Below, one piece after another: positions 13,501 to 25,534 of a DNA stretch of 64,000 nucleotides. Under the pieces are notes generated by a model. That model ran no database searches. It had not been told where the DNA came from and saw only the letters and a program-made list of their open reading frames with translations. The position numbers were made by a program, and so were the translations under genes. The DNA comes from Octopus sinensis (Eukaryota): contig NC_043011.1 in NCBI RefSeq assembly GCF_006345805.1, forward strand, positions 18,612,464-18,676,463, in the 5' to 3' direction. The first letter of the stretch is position 1, and every line of letters begins with the position of its first letter.

Positions 13501-14511
13501 TTTAATTCCCATCTGTTACTGGGACTCATTTACAAGTCAGTAGACTGGAGCAACTTCAAGTGAAGTGCTTTGTTCAAGTAAACGATACATCAAATGGTCC
13601 GTGTATCGAAACGATGACCTCAAGATTTATATTGTAAAATCAAACCACATATCCATGCATATATATATATAAATATAATGACAATAATGAATTCCCATTT
13701 TACTTATTATAATACCATGAATTATTTTCAGCCGATGAAAAACCGGTATTATAATTCCGGATGGATAAAATTACATTTTCAAGCTTCCAAGAACTGCTAT
13801 TTGAGACAAAGATATTTATGAAAGGTGTACAAATACGAACTCCGTAAACCATAGGAAGTTTTCATGAAATACTTTTTTTACTGTTATTTATAATGGTGAT
13901 ATGCATTACTAGTCGATGAATAAACCAAGCGGGCTTGCAAGAAAATGAGTTGTATGGGACAACAAAAATAGAATTGTCCAACAGGAAACGAAATTCCACA
14001 GCAGACACAAACGGGGAAATAATTATATTTTGTACAATAAAGAGAAGAACGTTAATTAGATGCTATATTCTGCTAACGTAATGAATAACTCTGTATCAGT
14101 ATGTACAACATAATATGCTTTGAGATCTAAGAATCAAATACAAATACCTTATCTATTCCCGGTCAGTTATATTAAGAAAAATGTCATTAAAATATGTATA
14201 TATTCGTAGACCTATAACTGGAAAGTTACACGAACCATCGCACAGTATATTTCATTGGTCATGAAAATTATAAAATTCTATTTTGAATACTGACATTCAA
14301 AATTGCCAAATAATCCCTTATCTGTATAACTGTGTGTGAGAACATAGTACAGTATATAGGAAGTGATTCGGTTAAACGATTAAGATTACACCCAGGGACA
14401 AAAATAGTTTAAATGCAAACAAAACCGATTATTAAAGACTTCAAATGAATTACTAAATTATCATCCAGCAACATTGTGTGAATAATAGTAAAACAAAGAC
14501 AATCAACTAGC

Positions 14512-15334
14512 ATTCCTGGACGTATTAGGGGCACGCATCAAGTATGGATTCAGGACATCCGTACACCGCAAGCCAATCTTCACTTGACGATACACCATTT
14601 TCAATTACCACCATCCATACAGTGTAAAGAGAGGGATTTCTCACTGCCTAAAGCATCGAGCAAAGAATATAAGTAGCAATCGTGATACACACCACGAGGA
14701 AATGATCAAGGTCAACAACGTCCTATTGAGCAACAACTACCCCAAAAACACACTATCCACTCCAATTATGAAGAAAAGAGAGGAGGATGAAGCCAATCCA
14801 CAGTCTGTCTACCCTAGGTGAAAGGCATCTCCAAAAAGTTACAAAAAATATGCGGCTCATATGACATCAAGACAGTATTCAAGAGTAATACAACACTTCG
14901 CAAATATCTCCTCCGAGAAAAACCACCAATAAAAGAGAATATGACCAAAAACAGAGTGTACTTCATCCCATGCAGCTGTGGTAGGTTATACAAAGGCGAA
15001 ACATGCCGCACCCTCAAAATAAGGGTAGAAGAACATTGCAAGCTGTGACATGAACATATATTGATAAAGCGGGTGTAGCTGATCATGTATGGAAAATGGA
15101 AACCACCTCCCCCTGTGGGATGAAGTTGAAATAATAGACTGAGAATACCACTGGAAAATACGAAAACTAAAAGAAGCAGCACATATGCTAAGACACAACA
15201 ACCTCCTAAGCAGACCGAGTGCAGATATGAATAGCATATAGGAACCGGTATTAAGGAAGGATAGCAAAATTTTAGAATTACAAGTCCTAAAATTCACTGC
15301 AGAATTCCCCACGGGTATATGGTCTAGTTGTTAA
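14512..15334 (+). mobile_element. Penelope-like element ORF remnant (RT thumb plus GIY-YIG), disrupted
   Basis: FLDV, VHRKPIFT-RY, HHPYSVKRG, VYFIPCSCGRLYKGETCRTLKIRVEEH, KLKEAAH, I(W>stop)EPVL. Confidence 0.9.
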
Positions 15335-15387
15335 GACCGCAGGCTACTAACCACAACATCCCGAGTTCGATTCCAGGCCGTGATCTG
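15313..15387 (+). other. tRNA-like (Ser-type) sequence inside the Penelope 3' region; not a functional tRNA gene
   Basis: A box TGGTCTAGTTGTTAAG 15320-15335 and B box GAGTTCGATTCC 15363-15374. GGCTACTAACC resembles the tRNA-Ser(GCT) anticodon loop. Cloverleaf stems are poor. Confidence 0.6.
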
Positions 15388-15459
15388 AACAATAATAATA
15401 ATAATAATAACACTGAAGAATACCTTAGGAATGAGAACCCAAGTTTGAAGTTTCCCCAA

Positions 15460-15510
15460 GACACCTGATGAAAGCTGGAGAGTATATCAGCCGAAAATTT
15501 TTGTTGACGA
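15460..15510 (+). ncRNA. Degenerate hammerhead motif in the Penelope 3' UTR
   Basis: GACAC-CTGATGA-A-AGCTG...CAGCC-GAAA. Stem III and the cleavage site are decayed (AAAATTTTTG). Confidence 0.5.
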
Positions 15511-15919
15511 CAAACAAGATGAGTTCAAATATCCGTCAAATGTGAATAATGTAAATAATGTAAATCTGTACCACCACCAGTAAATTCGAGTCTACATACC
15601 GCTCTGTTCCTGTCATCGTCAACTTTTCGTAAAATCTGCGTGAGGTATTTAATACAAGTGCTCCCATTCAAATTCACCTGCAGCATATTTTTTCATACAA
15701 ACATCGTCTTATAGATGCCCATTTTTAACATAGAACGCATGAGCTTCAAAATTCTGGTGACATTCTTCATATCTGAGTGAAAATAACCAAAAGTTTCCTG
15801 TTTCTAAAAATTTCGTTTAAATATAGTAATACTTAGTGAAGATAGAACTTTATGAAATTTAAATGAAATAGCTAATGTTATAATCTCTAAGTATGTATTA
15901 TGTTCTACAATTGGAACAA

Positions 15920-16285
15920 GGCCTGCAATCATGCGGAAGGGGTCAGGTCAACTACATCAACTTCAGTGCGTAGCTGATACACATTTCATAGACCCCGAAA
16001 GGATAAACAAGTAAGTCCATCTCGGCAGAATTTCAGCACAGAAAGTACGGACGGACGAAATGTCACAAAACATTTGTGCGTTAATGATTCTTCTAGCTCG
16101 CTGCCTTTTAGCAAAAGGCCAGCAAGTTCCGAGGTAGGGATTACTCGATTACATCAAGTATTTGTCTTATTTTATCGACCCCGAAAGGATGAAAGTCAAA
16201 TTCGACCTCAGCGGAGTTTCAACTCGGAATGTACGCAATGCTTGTAAGCATTTATCCCAAAATGTTAACGTTCACCCAGCTCGTC
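15920..16285 (-). mobile_element. Two adjacent diverged tRNA-derived SINE copies
   Basis: Both contain GACCCCGAAAGGAT...GAATTT segments homologous to 22185-22420. Confidence 0.75.
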
Positions 16286-17405
16286 ACTTTTATATTTGAT
16301 AAACAATAAACTTTTGAAGATGTGAAATGAGTAACAAGCGAAATACTCATCCAGACATCTCGTGCTAAATATGCTCACACACAAGCACACATACAAACGA
16401 TTGTCATGAGAATTTCTTAGTAATATAATGTGTACACCCTTTTTTAAGAAGTTCATGTCATTTCTGATGTTATTAATTTTCTATGGTAGAAAGGAAAATA
16501 ATAAGATCATTATATAAACATACTTAAAATACACTGGATAAGGCGTTCATTGAGTAGAATCAAAAACGATTCGATTCAGTGTAAAATGTGTTATACTAAT
16601 TTCTATTTCATATAATGTTTTCTTTCATACCTGACTTTTAAAACCTTATTCTCGTGTTTATTGTGTCTCACATTAATCTTCTACATATTCAATGTATGGA
16701 AAAAAAATAGACATATTTCTCTTATCGTCCACTTCTCTTCAACTACTTCGCTAGTATACAAATATTTTTTCTTTATTTTTTCTCTATTTTTCTCTATATT
16801 ATTGTATATTTCTTTTCTTCACCCTGTAAAGGACCACACATGGGAGAACATAAGTTGAATTAGATTCTCAAGAGCCGAAACTTGAAAGACAGCCAACATT
16901 AGTCCAATTAATGAGCCATGAACGTTTCTATCTATTTATCTCGGAACATCATTTTAGCACGTTGTTAAACAGATGAAGTGAAAGCTAGAATCACTTATAT
17001 TTGCTGTGTGTAATTGTATTAGATATGCGGGAGGTTTGTGTAGATGTATTTCTTATATTGTCACTATAAATAACTCGTAGATGCATAGCAATGTAACCTT
17101 GGGGACTCTGAAAGATTGAAAAATAGCCATTATTCATTCTCACTCAAAAATGAAGAATCGCAAAAAAAAAAATGTTTTAAAGAAAGATTATAATGTCATC
17201 TGAACTAGTACATTTTTGGTGTAATATTCCCTGGGTAAGTGGTCAAAGTTACATGTTTCTTAGTTTAAGCAGAATCCATTATACGTTATTAGTAACAACA
17301 AAATGTGTGTATATATGTGTGTGTGGGCGTGTCTGCGTTTGTGTAAGTATGTACGTATGTATGCATATATATACACATGTATGTATACATGCATATATAT
17401 GTTTG

Positions 17406-17449
<44 letters not shown>

Positions 17450-17451
17450 CG

Positions 17452-17482
<31 letters not shown>

Positions 17483-18448
17483 TCATACATGCATATTCAT
17501 ACACAAGTCTCTTCTACTCAGCTACTGGTTGCAGTGAGAGGCTGGTGCCATACTACAGCAGAGCCTTTCAATTTGTTTCGGATTACCCTTCTGTACTGTT
17601 TTTGGTGAAGAATCGTGTTGGATGGAAGCGCTCTTTGCGTAGTGGCTATGCATTGCCTTAGGTCCAGCTATGAATGCGGCGACCAGATTTAGGAGCGATA
17701 ACCCATACGACTGGGAAACAATGTCCTCCATAAAAGTAGGAAGATATCTTTATATCGAACACATAGTGATCTAAGGATCCACACAGATATTCACCTGCAC
17801 AGTATTGTAATCTTGATAATAGGCACATGAAATTTTGCAGCATTACTCATGTGCAATCACAAATCACGCACCTCTTTCTCTTCCGCAGCCAAAACGGTTG
17901 TTTTGAACACCCTCCGTGAAAAGACCTCACTTAAAGGTTTTACTTCTAACCCTTATATAGTTTTATATATATATATGTTTTTTTCATATTCCTACTTTCT
18001 CTTCCCAGTTATAATATCCCCTCAAACTATGCTCTCTACGCATTTCGATTGAATCCACCGTGTGTTAACATAGGTTTGCTAACTAAAGTTGAAACTTCAT
18101 TTTATCAAAGTACACTTGACCTGAAGGCTAGCCTGCGGTATACACCTCGCCTGAATCTTTACAACTTACGACGTTCTTCTCACTAAAAAACATATGTAGC
18201 TCAGATTTTATCTATTCTATTCCTTAACTCTTGTATTTATATTTGCATACGTTGCAAACCTGGTTGTCAACCGTGAAATATACAATAGTCTTTTTTTTTT
18301 CTTAGGTTATCTTATTGCAATACAGGCAAATCCACAACTTTCCATCTCAATAAGCCTGTGTAGATCCTGAAACATTTTCATAGTATTTTTTTTTCTACAC
18401 CTTGATCCTTGGATTTTACATTATTCTCTCTTCCCTCCCTTTCATTCC

Positions 18449-18483
<35 letters not shown>

Positions 18484-18506
18484 ATATATATATATATATA
18501 CACATA

Positions 18507-18550
<44 letters not shown>

Positions 18551-18582
18551 GATATCTCTAAATATACACATACGCACACACG

Positions 18583-18638
<56 letters not shown>

Positions 18639-18830
18639 GCTAATCTTTAAATGGGATATAACTACTAGCAATACTAAACGGTAAGGGTTATTTTGTCACT
18701 ATAACAAGTTTATTCCGTAAAGAACCCCGGAAAACGTCTCTTTCAGCTGGTTAACGACACACAACATGTACCCGGTATACTGCTCTTGCGAAGGCGAAGT
18801 GCAGTACTTCGCTGCATTACTCACAACATA

Positions 18831-18884
<54 letters not shown>

Positions 18885-18894
<10 letters not shown>

Positions 18895-19386
18895 CGTGTA
18901 CATTAAAACACATTAAGAGGCTTCCATCATGGGAAAGCCTTGCGCTAGAAAGAGCAGTATACAACTTAAACCACTAATTAGGGATATATTCTTGAAGGGA
19001 AAGAAAATTTAAAACATTTACCATCTAATTTAGTTCCTAGACCATGGTTTCTGACTTATTTCAGTAAAAAAATATTTATTGCGTCCAGTCTTCATCAGTA
19101 GGTAGCCGTGAGATTATAAACATACACACAACGAGATTGATTCCACATTATTTGTATATTCTAACTTTTCAAATCCACCGCACACACGCAGCTTATTTCC
19201 GGCAACAGAGAGGATGCCGGTAAAACCTCGAATAAATTTATCAAATATCATTTGAATATAATAAGTAATATTAGGGTAATAAGAAATATAGAAATTTTTA
19301 TTACCAGTGGCCAAGCGCAAAATAATTTAATCAATAGTCTATATTTTATCACACTTAATGTATTTTAATGTACACGATATTTTATA
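18885..19386 (-). mobile_element. Short ORF-less hammerhead-bearing element (copy A)
   Basis: The 3' end abuts (TA)n at 18885. About 30 bp of that end is repeated inverted at 19356-19386. Hammerhead motif at 19102-19036. Confidence 0.75.
19036..19102 (-). ncRNA. Type I hammerhead motif (GUC triplet, atypical A/A at 10.1/11.1)
   Basis: CCTA-CTGATGA-A-GACT...AGTC-A-GAAA-CCATG-GTC|TAGG, with palindromic stem III ACCATGGT. Confidence 0.7.
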
Positions 19387-19393
19387 TGAATAA

Positions 19394-19709
19394 TATAAAA
19401 TATCGTGTACATTTGAAAAGTTTGAATATACAAATAATGAGCTTACATGCGGAATCAATCTCGTTGTATGTATATTTATAATCTAAAGACTACCTACTGA
19501 TGAAGACTAGACGCAGTAAAACCTTTTTACTGAAATAAATCAGAAACCACGGTCTAGGAACTAAATTTGATGGTAAATCCATTTAATTGTCTTTCCCTTC
19601 GAGAATTTGTCCCTAATTAATGGTTTGAGTTGTTTACTGCTCTTTCTAGCGCAAGGCTTTCCCATGATAGAAGCCTCCTAATGTGTTTTAATTTACACGA
19701 TATATTATA
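19394..19709 (+). mobile_element. Short ORF-less hammerhead-bearing element (copy B), head-to-head with copy A
   Basis: Diverged inverted homolog of 18890-19175. Begins with the reverse complement of its own 3' end (TATAAAATATCGTGTACATT). Confidence 0.75.
19493..19558 (+). ncRNA. Type I hammerhead motif (GUC triplet), slightly decayed
   Basis: CCTA-CTGATGA-A-GACT...AATC-A-GAAA-CCACG-GTC|TAGG. Confidence 0.65.
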
Positions 19710-20437
19710 TGAATAATATATAGTATAAACTAACTACATGAATTATACAGGGATGCAAGATAATATGACGGATTTTGAGTATGAATATTATGGATTATCG
19801 CAGTAGAATAAGCAGGGAAATATATATGACTCTCATCAAAAGTAGTAATTTTAAATTTTTATTTTAAATTTCAAACAAACACCATTTTACAATTTTACTT
19901 CAACTTTTTTAGAAAACACACATTCGATATATTATACAATATTCATGTTTTATATCTCTGAAGAGCAGGAGAGTTGTCTATAAATGCTTATTAATATAGG
20001 ATTTTATTATAGGACACCTCTTCTGCGAAACGATCGTATGATGCTTTAATAATTAATTCAAAACTTTTAAACTACCAACTTTATTTTATACATTATATTT
20101 ATAGTTTTATATTTATTTATTTATATATATATTCTTAATACAATAAGTCCTCTCACAGGGGTATATCTTTATGATGATTTTGGATATTAATTTCCTTATA
20201 TTAATAATAATGATATACTATTAAAAAATATATGTATATCAGCGGTGGTGCCCCAGCATGGCCGTGGCCTTCGGGCTAAATCATTTTTAAGGATTTAAGG
20301 ATATATCGCTCGTATTAAATATATAAATAATTTAATAGTATTGATATTTTTATACAATATCGCACTCAATATAAATTCAGTATATAATATTCTTATTGAA
20401 TATATTTACCTAAAGATATATATATATATAATATATA

Positions 20438-20469
<32 letters not shown>

Positions 20470-20479
20470 GTTTGTGTGT

Positions 20480-20675
20480 TTGTGTTTGTCCCCCAACATA
20501 GCTTTACAAAAGATGGTGAGGTGTCCCTGTAACTAAGTGCTTTTGTAAAAGAGACTGATAGAGTAAGTACTAGACTTACAAACAATAAGTCCTGGGGTCG
20601 ATTTGCTCGACTACACGCGGTGCTCCATCATGGCCACATTAAAATGACTGAAACAAGGAAAAGAGTAAAAGATTA
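20480..20675 (+). mobile_element. SINE 3' portion
   Basis: AAGTACTAGACTTACAAA...CTGGGGTCGATTTG...CATGGCC...GACTGAAACAAG matches 47940-48060 and the tails at 5933-5990, 38470-38530 and 62870-62920. Confidence 0.7.
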
Positions 20676-20764
20676 AATATGGAGAGAGAAAGTGCGACTG
20701 AGAGAGAAAGAGTGAGAGGTAGGTAGCTAGATAGCTAGATAATAGGTAGATTGATAAATATATA

Positions 20765-20765
20765 T

Positions 20766-20838
<73 letters not shown>

Positions 20839-20900
20839 CAGATACATCTAGCTACCTAGTTCTCTACCTATGTATGTATGTATGTATGTATGTATGTATA
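20765..20900. repeat. (GATA)n and (TATG)n microsatellites
   Basis: Direct reading. Confidence 0.95.
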
Positions 20901-22184
20901 TACAGTTTCAATAATGTGCAAATGGAAATAAATACAAAACCCACTATAAGTGATCTTAAACTACCTCATTATTCAGCTCAACCTAAACACTTGTCTCTTT
21001 GTAGAGCAGATGCCAAATGTTTTCTTTCCCGCCCACATCACCCAAAGGTATTTTTTCTTCTTATTCCTTGCTCTCCTTATAGATTCTTCTTATGCTCGCA
21101 TACTGAAAAATGTACATATTTGCGTTCATTAATATTCGTCAAATGCGTTCGAGCATACGTTTTACAATCTCCGAAGTAGCGAACACATTTTATCAAATTT
21201 ACGATATATAATCCACCGCTGAACCGAAACCTGCTTTAGTAAAAATAACAATGAAACATGGATAGATTCTATTTTCTATATTTTTACATTATTTTAAAAT
21301 TTGCTGCCTTCGATATTTAATCAGTTACGAGTTGCTTATGGTTTGTGGATGAGAGGCCATTTTAGAAAGTTTTGTTCTTAAACTTTATCTTTATAGTTCG
21401 TGCTGCACCTCTAAATTACAATGTGCTTTATATTAGATAGAAATATACAGATTGGCCATTGTATGTTGTGTCCAACAACATGTAAAACGTTAATTTTCTT
21501 CTTTCAAACATTTATTTAGTGTCTAATTGGGGATAAGATTATGAGTACAAATTATATAAAGTTTTTCTTTGTATATAGAAACATGTTCAATAGATATGTA
21601 AATAAATCAACTTACATATAATGTGTGTATGTGTGTTTGTGTGTGTAAGCCTGAATTTATGATAATACATATATAAGATAGAACAAACGAGGAAAAGTCG
21701 ACAAAATTATGACTACTGAAATACAACTGAATTTAGTTTCGTCTGTCGTCATTTAGTAGTATACCATGCTTGGAAATATTTTTGCCATGAGGTCTTTGCC
21801 CTCATAGTTAACTGATAGATGATCACTGCCCCACATTTCATGAAACAAGTTTGCGTTTCAATTTATAATGAACACATTAGAGTGTACTCTCAAACCTATT
21901 ATTCGCTGAAGCATGTCTGGATTATTTGCAAAATTATAGTTGGAAATATAGGTCTTATGCCAAGAAAACCAATTACCACAAGAAAATTGTCGAGGAAGCC
22001 TTCTATAATCACTTCATCATTCGAGGCTAGGCTGCAATTTCTTAATTTGCTTGAAAACCATTTTATTGTCATATAGTATCACAATGTTTATGATCTCAGT
22101 CTGTTTCATAACCATCATCACCTTTAGTAATAATAATAATAATACTTACTTTCATTTAACCTTTCGCATCAATAAAATAAGAAC

Positions 22185-22420
22185 CTATTTCTTTATTACC
22201 CACAAGGGGCTAAAGACAGAGTGAACAAACAAGGACAGACATAGGTATTAAGTCGAGTACATCGACACCAGTTCGTAACTGGTACTTAATTTATCGACCA
22301 CGAAAGGATGAAAGGCAAAGTCGACCTCGGCGGAATTTGAACTCACAACGTAACGCAGACGAAATACCGCTAAGCATTTCGCCCGGCGTGCTAACGTTTC
22401 TGCCAGTTCGCCGCCTTAAT
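22185..22420 (-). mobile_element. Well-preserved tRNA-derived SINE (octopus OR/OK-type)
   Basis: The minus strand starts GGCGGCGAACTGGCAGAAACGTTAGCACGCCGGGCGAAATG...GAGTTCAAATTCCGCCGAGGTCGAC. Family name is from memory, unverified. Confidence 0.85.
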
Positions 22421-22519
22421 AAAATAAGTACCAGTTGAGCACTGGGGGCCTATGCAATCAAAGTATTCGCACCGTTAAAATTCCTAGACTTCTGTTTAAA
22501 TTTGAAGCCTTTATGTTTA

Positions 22520-23050
22520 TGGTATCATGAAAAATCTCAGCTTTCTTTAGCTGGCTATGATGGAAAGTGTGAACTGCAAACTAAAGTAACCCTTCTTTAC
22601 TAATCAAGCTTCAAGAACCCCGCAGATCACTCATGCAGTTCCATTTTTCCAGTCTTTTTGTTTCAATCTTTTTGAACCAAGCTGGTAGTTGGGCACCAAT
22701 ACATCTCGTCCACTTTCTTGAATGCACGTATATTCTTATCCATACTCAGAGTTCATTCTTTTGCTAATATATGATTCCAACTACATACCTAAGATATGCC
22801 ATTGCTTATGTATTTACTGCTTGGAATTTATTCCGTCCAGTGAAATTTTAGCGCAACACCATGTGTTGCCTTTCTCTGCAGTTCTTTAATTTCGTTTTCC
22901 ATGATATGATTGAACAGTAATATGCCAAGGTACATCTGACTTTCTTTTTCATTTGGCTTCATTACTTCCCAATTTCGTAATTCTATCCCATCCAGGGGGG
23001 TTGCACTTTACCTCTTTTCACTCTCATTACACCACAATTATTGAGACTGA
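22520..23050 (-). mobile_element. Decayed RTE-like LINE 3' fragment
   Basis: Minus-strand VDEMYWC... resembles RTE C-termini; heavily degenerate. Confidence 0.4.
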
Positions 23051-23139
23051 ATTCAATTTTAACATCAGTACTAAAACGGTAGACTGTATTAACCAAGGAA
23101 CTTGCACCTCATATTCGCCATACAGCTTCAAATAGTTAT

Positions 23140-23143
23140 CATT

Positions 23144-23188
<45 letters not shown>

Positions 23189-23225
23189 GTCGTCGTCGTC
23201 GTCGTCGCCATCATTATCATCATTA
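23140..23225. repeat. (CAT)n/(CGT)n microsatellite
   Basis: Direct reading; explains the poly-Asp ORF. Confidence 0.95.
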
Positions 23226-24984
23226 CTGTTCATATCTGTTATGCAACTGCCACATCAATAAATTTCCAACAATAGAATTTGTTTTTTCTCATAGCAAATT
23301 TAGAGCGACTTTATTTTCAATCTGCTCTCACAGAAGGAATGCCATTTCAGATGCACGGGATGACGATTTAGGCAGATAGTAACATTTCGGATAAACTAAC
23401 GAAAATTAAAACATATTCCTTATTGCTGACAATTTTTAAAATATGATGACAATTGCATTAATAATTAATGCTACAAGAATTATTAACATGGGCATTGTTA
23501 ATATAAAACTTATGAATATTTTACATATTTCTAGCGGTATCAATGTCAGCCGAAACAAGGAAAGTGAAAGAAAAGCATATGGCGAATACCGGCGCCAAAC
23601 ACACCATTGGTATTACCAGGACTCAATTTTAGTGATTATGTCATTTATACACAAGTGATAATGCACATATTACCAATTGCTAAATACGATATATTTATAG
23701 ATATCCTAGAATTATGCGATGGAAGGGAATACGGATTTCTGTTTGAGATAGCAATACTAAAAGCAGAAGTCTGTATGGAAAGATATTGACGACATGTTCC
23801 CTATTATTTAATGACCTTGTGGTCACATTGTGTCTTCATTAATTCTTTCTAGTCATGAGGACTGACAATTTGCATATGCATACATAAAATTGATAATAAT
23901 AAAAATATACTGTCAAACCATTGATAACTAGAATACTAGTTTGCATACTTGAATTAGTTTGATCAACGAACATTGCAGATTTTTAGCACATTTAATCGCA
24001 GAAACAGGATTTACCACCTTGAATCTCTTCACAACATTGATATAGTCTCAGTTTGAACTTTAATTTACAACGATATCCGCTATGTAGCGCACTATACAAC
24101 AGCAAAACTGACCTTTAACACTGGGCTCATAGTAGACATTTAAAAGCAGCTGATAATTTACATATCTTCCCAACCAATTGATTTGCTTCTAATTTGCATA
24201 TATGTATATTTATTTACAATTGCCCTTAACTTCTAAACCACGAAAATATATTGCACATATTCCTTTTGTTGCAGGTTCCTGGGACATTGTGTTTGCCCCA
24301 GAAGTAGACGATAATTACACTACTCTTGCTACAATAATATATTAACTGCATTATTATACACTTAATATGATTATTACGAGGTGGGAGAGAGGAAAGTGAT
24401 GTGTATTACTTGTTCGAATATGCCAGTAACACGTTCGGACTTCGTAAACAAGCCATTCACTGTGTTTTCACATGGAGAAAATTTATCGCTCTAGACAAAT
24501 GGTGTAATATACCTAAATCAGCTCGATATGACACTTATCCAAACTACTAGATACAAGCATATGGGAATGGCTTTCTCTTCTACAGTCACAAAAACCGGAC
24601 ATTTAATATTTTTTCATACTAGAAACATGTGTATGTGTGTACAAATATATGTGCATACACACACGCTCACACACAACCAAACACAGATATCGTATATTGT
24701 TTCCTTGTTCCATTTATTGAACTTCGGTCATGGCGGGGGTACAACTTTGAAGATTTTAGTTTAAAAATTCAATCCCGTTATGTATTTACCTTTTTACGGG
24801 TGTGGTAATTATTATAGCAGTCTAGTTTGGCTTAATCGGTAATTTAACGTGACATAAAGATACCAAAACCGGCGACACACACAAGCACAAACACAATATG
24901 TATGTATGTATGTATGTATGTTTGAATGTATGTATGTGTGTATGTATGTATCCGTGTGTGTCAGGTGCTGGAAAAGTGGTGTAC

Positions 24985-25393
24985 GATCAACAGTGCAAGA
25001 CAGAGTGTTTTGCTGGCCAACAAACTGAACCCAGCAATTCGCACCAAACATCGATGCTTATCATCGAAGAATGCTTTGTTGTTGCATGACAATGCACACC
25101 CAGACACGGCTGCCCAGATTATTAAAACCGTTAACCATGAATTTCAGCTCCTGAAACATCTTCCGAATAGAGAATTCGGATCACTGCTCTTTGTTCTTCT
25201 TTGCTGCATATTGCTAGTGGAGCAGTAATGACTACACTGTAAAGCCAGAGGGAAAAATGGCGCGATCAAGCTTAAAATTCGATCATCTGACCACAACAGT
25301 ACGAACTATAAGCATGCATGCGCAGAAGGCAGTGTGATAATGATAAAAATATGCTATGAAGAAATTGCGGATAATTTTTGACTTCCCCTCGTA
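24985..25393 (+). mobile_element. Mariner transposase remnant with 3' TIR
   Basis: LNPAIRTKHRCLSSKNALLLHDNAHPDTAAQ matches the mariner LLHDNARPH region. The end TTTTGACTTCCCCTCGTA is a mariner-type TIR plus TA. Confidence 0.85.
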
Positions 25394-25492
25394 AATTTAT
25401 CTATGGAGAGCTTAAAAGTATACCGTCTCAATTACTAATCCCTTATTAGTCCCTCTTCGTTGAGGCATACACACACAAACATAGGAGTGCGT

Positions 25493-25534
<42 letters not shown>

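Noticed and set aside
15313-15387. Functional tRNA gene
   Set aside because: Acceptor and anticodon stems do not pair properly; treated as an element-embedded tRNA-like sequence.
21005-21047. Candidate 43-bp exon (tttgtag|AGCAG...CAAAG|gtatt)
   Set aside because: Splice-like signals only; no recognisable protein and no compatible neighbouring exons.
24275-24345. Candidate terminal exon after ttgttgcag (SWDIVFAPEVDDNYTTLATIIY*)
   Set aside because: No homology recognised; such signals arise by chance in AT-rich DNA.
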